A stretch of 32,000 nucleotides of DNA from Candidatus Pelagibacter ubique HTCC1062 (GTDB taxonomy: Bacteria; Pseudomonadota; Alphaproteobacteria; Pelagibacterales; Pelagibacteraceae), in NCBI RefSeq assembly GCF_000012345.1, contig NC_007205.1, positions 1,110,001 to 1,142,000 of the forward strand, in the 5' to 3' direction. Shown here one piece after another: positions 25,181-32,000 of this stretch. The notes below the pieces were generated by a model that was not told where the DNA came from, did no database searches, and saw only the letters and a program-made list of their open reading frames with translations. Position 1 is the stretch's first letter; every line of letters begins with the position of its first letter. Both the position numbers and the translations under genes were made by a program.

Positions 25181-26146
25181 ATGACTCTTACATTGTTTTA
25201 TACAATCGTCGGCTTTGCTTTAGCGGGGTACAGTGTTATTGCAAATGACTCAATTCAAACATTGGGAACTTTTATCGCGTCAAAACAAAAATGGTTTAAA
25301 TGGTACACTCTTGCTAGTGCAGCATCATTTGTAATGATACTTGCTATTACTTGGGGTTGGTACAGTAATAATGGAGATATCTCTTACGGTAGATTAACAA
25401 GAATACCTTTCCAAGAGATACAATGGTATCACGCTGTGGCACCAGGAATACTTCTTGTATTAACAAGAGTTGGAATACCTGTTTCAACAACCTTCTTAGT
25501 TTTATCAGCTTTTGCATCAACGGTAGTACTTGAAAAGATGCTTATGAAAAGTGTTGTCGGCTATGGTCTTGCTGCAGCTGCTGCTTATATTTGCTGGATC
25601 GTTATCTCTAAATTTATTAATGAAAAATTAGATGAAGTTAATGACAAATGGATTTCCTTTTGGCGTAACTCTGTTTGGATAACTTCAGGCTGGTTATGGT
25701 GGGTTTGGTTATCTCATGATGTAGCAAACATTGCTGTATACCTTCCAAGACAATTAGATGTTGCTCTTTTATTAGTTGTTCTGGGTTACTTTACAGCACT
25801 ACTTTTTTATATCTTCTACATTCATGGAGGGGCTATTCAAAAGGTTGTCTTAGAGAAAACTGGAACAAGATATGCAAGATCAGCAACTATAATCAATATT
25901 ATTTATGCAGCTGTACTTTACTACTTTAAAGAGCTTAATGATTTACCCATGTCAACAACCTGGGTATTTGTTGGTCTATTATGTGGAAGAGAGTTAGCAA
26001 TCGCATCAATGAATAAAGACTATAAGTTCAAATATGTGTTTCCACTAATTGGTAAAGACTTTCTTAAAATGATATTCGGATTAAGTGTGTCAGTTGGAAT
26101 TGTACTTGCAATTCACTACATCATAATTCCAAATAATTGGTTTTAA
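25181..26146 (+). CDS. PiT (PHO4) superfamily-like membrane protein, putative phosphate permease
   Basis: An internally duplicated motif pair typical of PiT transporters: ANDSIQTLG plus GIPVSTTFLVLSAF in the first half, SHDVANIAV plus LPMSTTWVFVGLLCG in the second half. Divergent from phoR. Confidence 0.5.
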   Translation: MTLTLFYTIVGFALAGYSVIANDSIQTLGTFIASKQKWFKWYTLASAASFVMILAITWGWYSNNGDISYGRLTRIPFQEIQWYHAVAPGILLVLTRVGIPVSTTFLVLSAFASTVVLEKMLMKSVVGYGLAAAAAYICWIVISKFINEKLDEVNDKWISFWRNSVWITSGWLWWVWLSHDVANIAVYLPRQLDVALLLVVLGYFTALLFYIFYIHGGAIQKVVLEKTGTRYARSATIINIIYAAVLYYFKELNDLPMSTTWVFVGLLCGRELAIASMNKDYKFKYVFPLIGKDFLKMIFGLSVSVGIVLAIHYIIIPNNWF

Positions 26147-26253
26147 GTATTAATTATTTAAGCTTAAACCTTGAGCACAAAAACTTAAAGATAAAGTAAT
26201 TAAATTTCCCAAGACCGTAGGAATTTGGTTCTATTTTTTTAGTCTTTAATTTT

Positions 26254-26418
26254 TTAGCTTTTTTCTTCTTCATAGCCAATATGGTTTTGTGTTTCGTTTG
26301 AATGTTTCAGGTTATAACAATCTGTGCAAAGTAAGATCACCTCTGGTCCTGAGCTTACTTGTGTTAAGATGGCTGTATCATCTCCACACTCACTGCACCC
26401 TGATAAACGTTTTTTCAT
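26254..26418 (-). CDS. small zinc-ribbon protein (54 aa), below the ORF-track cutoff
   Basis: My own translation: MKKRLSGCSECGDDTAILTQVSSGPEVILLCTDCYNLKHSNETQNHIGYEEEKS*. Two CxxC pairs. ATGA start/stop overlap with 26415..26597. Confidence 0.4.
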   Translation of the reverse strand: MKKRLSGCSECGDDTAILTQVSSGPEVILLCTDCYNLKHSNETQNHIGYEEEKS

Positions 26419-26597
26419 TTATGTTTTTTGCGGGTAATTTCATTAATTCTATCAATATAATTTTTTATCTCAGGGCTATCTTGAGTTTTATTATCTTGCT
26501 TAGGGTTTTTCTTCCTTTGGTAATAATAATAGATAGGCATAACAACAGATAAGGCAACAATAATAATTGCTAATATAATTTCAGAAGTTGTAACCAT
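26415..26597 (-). CDS. small single-TM protein with a basic tail
   Basis: MVTTSEIILAIIIVALSVVMPIYYYY followed by a Lys/Gln/Asp-rich tail. Lies 7 nt downstream of the DUF4396-like gene. Confidence 0.4.
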   Translation of the reverse strand: MVTTSEIILAIIIVALSVVMPIYYYYQRKKNPKQDNKTQDSPEIKNYIDRINEITRKKHK

Positions 26598-26604
26598 TTA
26601 ATAT

Positions 26605-27042
26605 TTAATGACAGGCTTGATTGAATTTTTTAAGTCTCCAATAATTATAAGGCCAGGGTGTTAAAAATCCCGCAGTTAACATAATAGGTACCACCCACCA
26701 AGTTAGCATCGCTCCACCGGTTAAAAAATAATCTGTAGCGTTCATAGAAATTTCCATACTAACCATTGAGATGAAACTCATTCCACAGGCGGTCTTTAAA
26801 GCATTAATTAATTTAAAATTTTGTCTCATTAAAATAAAAGTTTCAAGCATAATGCTGGTTAATAAACCATTTATGATTGCTAAAGTCATAATACCTAATA
26901 CTGGAAAAGGAATTTTACTTAACTGAAAAAATAGTATGGTTCCAAAGTCACCAATTGCACAACCGATAACACACCACATCGTATTCTTAGCACTTTTTCT
27001 CCACGTGTGTTTACACGACCAATGAAATGTGTCTGTTGCCAT
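26605..27042 (-). CDS. DUF4396-like integral membrane protein
   Basis: About 145 aa and 4 TM. N-terminal Cys/His (HWSCKH), GCAIGDFG motif, C-terminal ...QACH. Family assignment is from memory. Confidence 0.5.
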   Translation of the reverse strand: MATDTFHWSCKHTWRKSAKNTMWCVIGCAIGDFGTILFFQLSKIPFPVLGIMTLAIINGLLTSIMLETFILMRQNFKLINALKTACGMSFISMVSMEISMNATDYFLTGGAMLTWWVVPIMLTAGFLTPWPYNYWRLKKFNQACH

Positions 27043-27047
27043 TTAAT

Positions 27048-27476
27048 TTATTTACTTAAATTTATTTGATGTTTGTAATAATCATCTGGCCAAAAACTTT
27101 TAATGTAGGCTAAAACTGAATCTATATCTTTGTCATTTAATTTATCTCCAAAGGCACCCATTTTTCCTTCATAGTCACTAATTATTCCAACTAAACCATA
27201 TTTAATAATTTTATGTAATGTCTCATCATCATGGTGCCAAGTGTGACCTGTACCATTTAAAGGCGGCGCTTTTCTATGGCCGTCTTCATCAACACCCTTC
27301 CAATTTTCAGCACCTGACAAATTAACTTGATGACAGCTTACACAATTATTTTGGTAGGCAATTTTACCTCTAGCAATCATTAATTGAGAATCTCTTGTGA
27401 TTGGATAATGATTATCAGAATAAGAAATGCTACTTAATGATATAAGTAGAGTTGAAATTAGAAGTATTTTTTTCAT
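27048..27476 (-). CDS. periplasmic c-type cytochrome (mono-haem)
   Basis: Signal peptide MKKILLISTLLISLSSISYS. Haem-binding CVSCH. Confidence 0.8.
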   Translation of the reverse strand: MKKILLISTLLISLSSISYSDNHYPITRDSQLMIARGKIAYQNNCVSCHQVNLSGAENWKGVDEDGHRKAPPLNGTGHTWHHDDETLHKIIKYGLVGIISDYEGKMGAFGDKLNDKDIDSVLAYIKSFWPDDYYKHQINLSK

Positions 27477-27554
27477 AACTTATAAATTTATATATTAAAA
27501 ATTGTTAGATTAATCTTATATTTTTTTAAGATTGTTTGATTATAGTCCTTAATA

Positions 27555-28439
27555 ATGAACAATTTTTTCTTATTTATTGTCACACTTTTTTGCTGGTCCC
27601 CTACTTGGTATGTCATCAAGTTTCAATTGGGTTACGTTGATCCATTAGTATCCGTGTTTTATAGATTTTTGATAGCTGCAATAGTTATTTTTGTTTATTT
27701 AATTTATAAGAAGAAAAATCTTAAGTTTTCTTTAAATCAGCATCTTTGGTTTTTACTCTTTGGTGTTTGTCTCTACTCACTAAACTATGTTTTCTTTTAT
27801 CTATCAAATACTTACTTAATAAGCGCATTTCCAGCAGTTGTCTTTTCAACAGTAGTTATTATGAATATTTTAGGAGAAGGCTTTTATTTTAAAAAGAAAC
27901 CTTCTTTAAAAACTTTACTTGGTGCAACTATTGGGATGATTGGAATTATAATCATTTTCAATGATGAGATTTTCAATTTCAGCTTTGCTAATGGAACCCA
28001 TGTTGGATTATTTTTAGCCTTACTTGGTACATTTAGTGCATCAACAGGTAACATGGTTCACCAAAGAAACTTAAATAATAACTTCTCATTAATACCAACA
28101 CTTGCGTATTCAATGCTTTATGGATCATTAGTTACTCTATTAATCACTCAGATAAAAGGCACTGAATTATTATTTGAATATAGCTTCAGTTACATCGCAT
28201 CCCTTGCTTATCTATCTATTATTGGCTCGATATTTGCTTTTATCTTTTACTTAAGATTATTAGAAAAAGTTGGAGCTGGTCGAGCGGGTTATGTAGGAGT
28301 TGTAATGCCTGTACTTGCTTTATTAATCTCAACAATATTTGAAAACTTAGAATGGCAACAAGATTTAATAATAGGTTTACCTATTTTAATAATTGGAGCA
28401 GTGCTCGTTATTAATCAAAAAATTAAACCAATAAAATAA
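27555..28439 (+). CDS. EamA/DMT superfamily transporter
   Basis: About 10 TM segments in a two-fold EamA-like repeat. 294 aa. Confidence 0.75.
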   Translation: MNNFFLFIVTLFCWSPTWYVIKFQLGYVDPLVSVFYRFLIAAIVIFVYLIYKKKNLKFSLNQHLWFLLFGVCLYSLNYVFFYLSNTYLISAFPAVVFSTVVIMNILGEGFYFKKKPSLKTLLGATIGMIGIIIIFNDEIFNFSFANGTHVGLFLALLGTFSASTGNMVHQRNLNNNFSLIPTLAYSMLYGSLVTLLITQIKGTELLFEYSFSYIASLAYLSIIGSIFAFIFYLRLLEKVGAGRAGYVGVVMPVLALLISTIFENLEWQQDLIIGLPILIIGAVLVINQKIKPIK

Positions 28440-28453
28440 TTCTTAAGAATTTT

Positions 28454-28990
28454 TTATTTATTACATTTACCAATGGAACCTAGTAAACATTTAGTTCCAT
28501 CAATCCAAACTGCGTTATTAAGATTAGCGCCTTCAAAGTTAGCATTTAAAATATTAGCACCCGTTAAATCTGCTTCAAAAAGATTACTGTTAGTAAAGTT
28601 AGTCTCAATTAATGAAGCTCCTTTAAAGTTTACTCTTGTTAAATTAGCACTTGAAAAGTTAGCTTTTTCAAAGATACCCCCTTCAAGATTTGCTTCATAT
28701 AAATTCGTTCTAATAAAAGAAGATTCTACAAAATTACCATTAGCTAATGTTGCATTCATCATTACCCCTTTATCAAAGGTAACTTTAATAAAACTAATAA
28801 AAGATAGATTAGAGTTTGGTATATAGGCTCTACTTAGATCTTGGCCTTCTGAGAATTGACAATTAGAATAATCCACTCCATCAACTGGTGCATCATCACA
28901 ACCTGCTTTAGCACCATTAGATAACCATAAACTTAGAACTAAAATGGCAAAAAGCTTGCTTATAAAGCCTGCTCTTATTAATTTTATCAT
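28454..28990 (-). CDS. exported pentapeptide-repeat protein
   Basis: A long run of A(D/N)LxX pentapeptides (ANLEGGIFEKANFSSANLTRVNFKGASLIETNFTNSNLFEADLTGANILNANFEGANL). The ATG at 28990 gives MIKLIRAGFISKLFAILVLSLWLSNGAKA|GC, a signal peptide. The listed start 29005 is TTG. Confidence 0.85.
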   Translation of the reverse strand: MIKLIRAGFISKLFAILVLSLWLSNGAKAGCDDAPVDGVDYSNCQFSEGQDLSRAYIPNSNLSFISFIKVTFDKGVMMNATLANGNFVESSFIRTNLYEANLEGGIFEKANFSSANLTRVNFKGASLIETNFTNSNLFEADLTGANILNANFEGANLNNAVWIDGTKCLLGSIGKCNK

Positions 28991-29060
28991 GACAAATGCT
29001 AACAAATCATAGATTGAGAGTCTTCTATTAATTTAATTATAGGTAAAATTAAGCCACTAT

Positions 29061-30461
29061 TTATCGTTTAGGAAAGCCTTCTACTGTATAAAAATTTCTT
29101 ATCTTCTTTAGAGATACATAATAAGCACTATCTCTAAAGGATTTTTTTATTTGTTTTTTAGCATTATAAATTTCAATAAATGCATTTCTCATACTATCTT
29201 CTAGACCTGAAAAAGCTAAGTCCTCTTCATCAGCACCATGAATAATTTTTTTAATGGTGTCAAAATCTGTTTTAGTATTCGTTTTTTTATCTATCAAATC
29301 AATAATGTCTAATATTTTTTGTTCTTGAAATCTTTTTTCAACTCTACCAAAACGTATATGAGAAATATCTTTTACCCACTCAAAATAAGAAACCACAACA
29401 CCCCCTGCATTGACATAGATATCAGGAATAATCATAACGCCTTTTTCAAATAATTTTTGATCCGCCTCAAATGAAATGGGTCCATTAGCAGCCTCAATTA
29501 TTAATTTCGTTTTAATTTTATCTACATTATCAATGGTGATTGCATTTTCTAATGCAGCTGGAATTAAAATATCACAATCTAATTCTAAAAGTTCACTTGG
29601 ATTGTTTTTAAATTTTCCAAGTTTAGGGTTATTGATAGTTTTATTTGTCTTATAAAATTCAATTAGTGCATTTATATCAATACCTTTTTTGTTATATAAA
29701 TAACCATCATATTCTCCAATTGCTATAATCTTTGCATTATCTCTATTATATAAATGTTTGGCTAAATTACTTCCAACATTACCAAAGCCTTGAACTATAA
29801 TTTCATTATCCTTTAATTCATTTTTCAATCCTGCTTCTTTAACAACATCTTCATGTCTAAATATTTCTCTAACTACTTCCTCAATACCTCTACCAGTTGC
29901 TTCTGTTCTGCCAGCAATACCTCCTCTGTGTAAGGGTTTACCTGTTACACAACCTCTATAATTTATATCATCAGGTTTAAGTGTTTTATAAGTCTCTAAA
30001 ATCCATTCCATTTCTCTTTCAGACGTTCCGACATCTGGAGCTGGAACATTTAATGCTGGAGAAATAAAACCTTTATTAATTAATTTACTAGCAAACGCTT
30101 TAGTAATTTCTCTAAGTTGAGGCATTGTGTAATTTTTAGGATTAATTTTTAAACCCCCTTTAGCTCCTCCAAAAGGGATATTAACTATTGCACATTTGTA
30201 AGTCATCAAAGATGCTAGAGCTTCAGTATCATCTTGATCAACCGTTTCTGAATATCTTAGTCCACCTTTAGTTGGAAGAATGTGCTCTGAGTGAACAGCT
30301 CTCCATCCAGTAAAGTTATTAATTTTGCCATCTAAGACAACACCCACATTTACTTTAATTAATGAGTGAATAGATTTTAAATGTTCAAGTAAATCATCAC
30401 TAAAGTTTAGTAATTTAGCTGATTTATCTACATGTAAATTGACGTTATCTTTAAAGCTCAT
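29061..30461 (-). CDS. glutamate dehydrogenase (Glu/Leu/Phe/Val dehydrogenase family)
   Basis: Catalytic-Lys motif PFGGAKGG. Rossmann motif VQGFGNVGS. 466 aa. Confidence 0.9.
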   Translation of the reverse strand: MSFKDNVNLHVDKSAKLLNFSDDLLEHLKSIHSLIKVNVGVVLDGKINNFTGWRAVHSEHILPTKGGLRYSETVDQDDTEALASLMTYKCAIVNIPFGGAKGGLKINPKNYTMPQLREITKAFASKLINKGFISPALNVPAPDVGTSEREMEWILETYKTLKPDDINYRGCVTGKPLHRGGIAGRTEATGRGIEEVVREIFRHEDVVKEAGLKNELKDNEIIVQGFGNVGSNLAKHLYNRDNAKIIAIGEYDGYLYNKKGIDINALIEFYKTNKTINNPKLGKFKNNPSELLELDCDILIPAALENAITIDNVDKIKTKLIIEAANGPISFEADQKLFEKGVMIIPDIYVNAGGVVVSYFEWVKDISHIRFGRVEKRFQEQKILDIIDLIDKKTNTKTDFDTIKKIIHGADEEDLAFSGLEDSMRNAFIEIYNAKKQIKKSFRDSAYYVSLKKIRNFYTVEGFPKR

Positions 30462-30478
30462 TAATAATTATTATATCT

Positions 30479-30967
30479 TTAATTTATTTTTTTCCAATAA
30501 CCATAAACACAACGTGTGCCCCGTCTAGAGCAATCATATGTATCATGCAAGACACCATCTTTGACAACCGTTATGTGCTTTGAACAAGATACAATTAAAG
30601 TCCCACTTGGAAGTTCATCTTTCTTTAAATGAACTTTACAACCTTGACCAATAAACATAGTTGGCGTCCACTGCCACCCAAGTTTTTCAAGATATTTTTT
30701 AACCACCACTCTATGAGTGCCTGATCTTGGGCTATCATTTTTTTGTTTTAGGCTTCTAGCAAGTTTTGTTCTTGATGTGGTTCTAAATTCTTCATTTGCT
30801 TTATAAAGATCATCATAAATTTTTTGATAAGGAAGATTTGTTACAATTGCAATAGATCTAACTACACAGTCTCCAGCTTTACCTTTATATCCAGCAGCAG
30901 CTCTGCCTCCATCATTGATTTCTAGTTCTAAATTGCTACTTGAAAATAATCTTTTAAAGAAATTCAC
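30479..30967 (-). CDS. conserved-looking hypothetical protein, putative Cys-His-Asp (papain-fold-like) hydrolase
   Basis: GTG start in a GTGA overlap with the upstream ORF. Motifs AAGYKGKAGDCVVRSIAI (Cys34), SKHITVVKDGVLHDTYD (His131/His141, Asp142/145), and a C-terminal GTRCVYGYW. I remember similar proteins from phage and mobile contexts but cannot name a family. Confidence 0.45.
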   Translation of the reverse strand: MNFFKRLFSSSNLELEINDGGRAAAGYKGKAGDCVVRSIAIVTNLPYQKIYDDLYKANEEFRTTSRTKLARSLKQKNDSPRSGTHRVVVKKYLEKLGWQWTPTMFIGQGCKVHLKKDELPSGTLIVSCSKHITVVKDGVLHDTYDCSRRGTRCVYGYWKKIN

Positions 30968-31257
30968 GATTTAGTTTTATGATCTAAGATCTCGATCATA
31001 CACTGGGTTGCATATTCACGCCATTCACTAGCAGTTTTGCCTTTAAGACTATCAAGCTGTTGCTTGTTACTATTAATGCTTTCTTGGTATTTAACTTTAT
31101 CAGTTTCTTCTAGATTTTTTTCCATGTTAGCAAGATTGGTTTCCATGGCACTAATCCAACCATTACCAAGTTCAACACATTTAACATCATCTTTCTCATC
31201 ACAAACTTGCTTGAAGAAATTGAAAATAACATCATCTGTTTTAATCTCTTTGCTCAT
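30964..31257 (-). CDS. small acidic helical protein (97 aa from ATG 31257)
   Basis: The listed start 31269 is TTG and overlaps the SulP gene. ATG at 31257 (MSKEIKTDD...) lies 1 nt after the SulP stop. Glu/Asp/Lys-rich with no motif. Confidence 0.4.
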   Translation of the reverse strand: MSKEIKTDDVIFNFFKQVCDEKDDVKCVELGNGWISAMETNLANMEKNLEETDKVKYQESINSNKQQLDSLKGKTASEWREYATQCMIEILDHKTKS

Positions 31258-31258
31258 C

Positions 31259-32000
31259 TTATCTGCCAAAAATACCTAATTTAACATCATAATCAACTGC
31301 AATTCCATAATCAGGATCATCATCACTATCAACTACTAATTGGCCTGCTCTACTTAATAATCTATGACAATCACGAGTTAGATGTCTAAGTTTAACTTTT
31401 TTTCCAAAACTATTATATTTATCAGCAATGTCTTCAATTGCTTTTAATGCAGATTGATCAATTACTTTTGATCCTGCAAAATCTATAATAATTACATCAG
31501 GATCTTGTTCTGGTTTAAATAATTCTAAAAAACTATCTGTTGAACTAAAAAATAGCGGTCCTTCTATTTCATAAACTTTAGCACCCTTTTCTCTAACGGA
31601 TGCTCTCTCAACTGCTCTAATTCTTGATGCAGATTTCCAAGCAAACACTAATGCTGATACAATAACACCAACAATTACAGCAACGGCTAAATCTTCTAAA
31701 ACAGTTACAACAGTTACAAGAACAATTACTAATGCATCACTCTTTGGTACAAAAAATAATATCTTTAATGAGTTCCAGGCAAAGGTTCCAATCACTACCA
31801 TAAACATTACACCAACTAGTGCTGCAATTGGGATCATCTCAATATAGTTTGATGTATATAAAATAAAAATTAATAAGAATACTGCTGCAGCTATTCCTGC
31901 AATTCTTGTTCTACCGCCTGATTTTACGTTAATCATAGATTGACCAATCATCGCACATCCACCCATACCCCCAAAAAAACCAGTAACTGTATTTGCAAAG
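31259..32000 (-). CDS. SulP family anion transporter with C-terminal STAS domain, 5' end outside window
   Basis: The reading frame stays open to the window edge (...FANTVTGFFGGMGGCAMIGQSMINVKSG). TM helices are followed by a STAS-like domain (YEIEGPLFFSSTDSF...IIDFAGSKVIDQSAL). Confidence 0.85.
   Translation of the reverse strand, partial: FANTVTGFFGGMGGCAMIGQSMINVKSGGRTRIAGIAAAVFLLIFILYTSNYIEMIPIAALVGVMFMVVIGTFAWNSLKILFFVPKSDALVIVLVTVVTVLEDLAVAVIVGVIVSALVFAWKSASRIRAVERASVREKGAKVYEIEGPLFFSSTDSFLELFKPEQDPDVIIIDFAGSKVIDQSALKAIEDIADKYNSFGKKVKLRHLTRDCHRLLSRAGQLVVDSDDDPDYGIAVDYDVKLGIFGR

Noticed and set aside
26289-26552. 87-aa + strand ORF in the spacer after the PiT-like gene
   Set aside because: It overlaps two better-supported minus-strand small genes (26254..26418 and 26415..26597) that are coupled by ATGA. 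Its sequence is low-complexity Leu/Phe/Ile with no start context.
28438-28451. Perfect 14-nt palindrome AATTCTTAAGAATT between the convergent EamA and pentapeptide-repeat genes
   Set aside because: It could be a tiny bidirectional terminator. However, the stem would be 5 A-U-rich pairs around a 4-nt loop with no proper U-tract, so it is likely chance in AT-rich DNA.
28473-28826. 117-aa + strand ORF antisense to the pentapeptide-repeat gene; it also looks repetitive (LAPSKLAFKILAPVKSASK...)
   Set aside because: The 15-nt periodicity of the pentapeptide repeats keeps the antisense frame open and repetitive. The minus-strand frame has the canonical A(D/N)LxX motif and a signal peptide.
1265-31279. 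Short antisense or embedded ORFs from the track: 1265..1468, 2524..2718, 2951..3172, 4504..4692, 6250..6537, 6899..7150, 11896..12087, 12682..12864, 14847..15068, 19058..19297, 21565..21756, 23350..23601, 24191..24412, 31037..31279
   Set aside because: Each lies inside or antisense to a longer ORF with clear family motifs. Their compositions are typical of AT-rich antisense frames, and none has a recognisable motif.
1-32000. Search for CRISPR arrays, tRNA/rRNA/tmRNA genes, IS elements, integrases, reverse transcriptases, and template/variable repeat pairs
   Set aside because: No regularly spaced repeats, no cloverleaf-like G/C-rich 70-90 nt blocks, no DDE/tyrosine-recombinase/RT motifs in any listed ORF, and no long repeat pair other than the 65-mer. 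Nothing was found, within the limits of reading by eye.

Overview
This is an AT-rich, very tightly packed bacterial chromosome segment with many 1-11 nt gene overlaps. The gene content, and a bhmT-osmC-oxidoreductase block preceded by SAM-II/SAM-V-type leaders, make a SAR11/Pelagibacterales-like alphaproteobacterium the best guess. That origin is an inference and was not verified. The recognisable core comprises: prpB (5' partial)-prpC; an nrdA-nrdB-methyltransferase operon; phosphomannomutase; an FAD oxidoreductase-osmC-bhmT block; a full Pho block (phoR, then pstS-pstC-pstA-pstB-phoU-phoB, with a four-repeat Pho-box array and a pstS-proximal attenuator hairpin); a PiT-like permease; a cytochrome c/DUF4396/small-protein cluster; an EamA transporter; an exported pentapeptide-repeat protein; glutamate dehydrogenase; and a SulP/STAS transporter (5' partial). 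I saw no rRNA, tRNA, CRISPR array, transposase or integrase. The unusual part is a ~7 kb accessory island (about 7.16-14.1 kb) between the phosphomannomutase gene and the oxidoreductase gene. It is made almost entirely of short ORFs for exported or membrane proteins. Inside the island: (i) a 1.9 kb two-gene cassette is bracketed by 65-bp direct repeats that equal the 3' end of a 29-codon membrane mini-ORF, an att-like signature with no recombinase present; (ii) a three-gene operon is led by a secreted protein whose mature part is 77% Gly/Tyr/Ser/Thr; (iii) a fusion protein joins a DUF3427-like N-domain to a NucS-like PD-(D/E)XK nuclease C-domain, a candidate compact modification-dependent (type IV-like) restriction enzyme. 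My best candidates for something undescribed are 11.2-13.6 kb (items ii and iii) and a separate two-gene module at 30.5-31.3 kb, which pairs a small acidic protein with a putative Cys-His-Asp hydrolase. All functional calls rest on motifs read by eye in the supplied translations; no searches were run.
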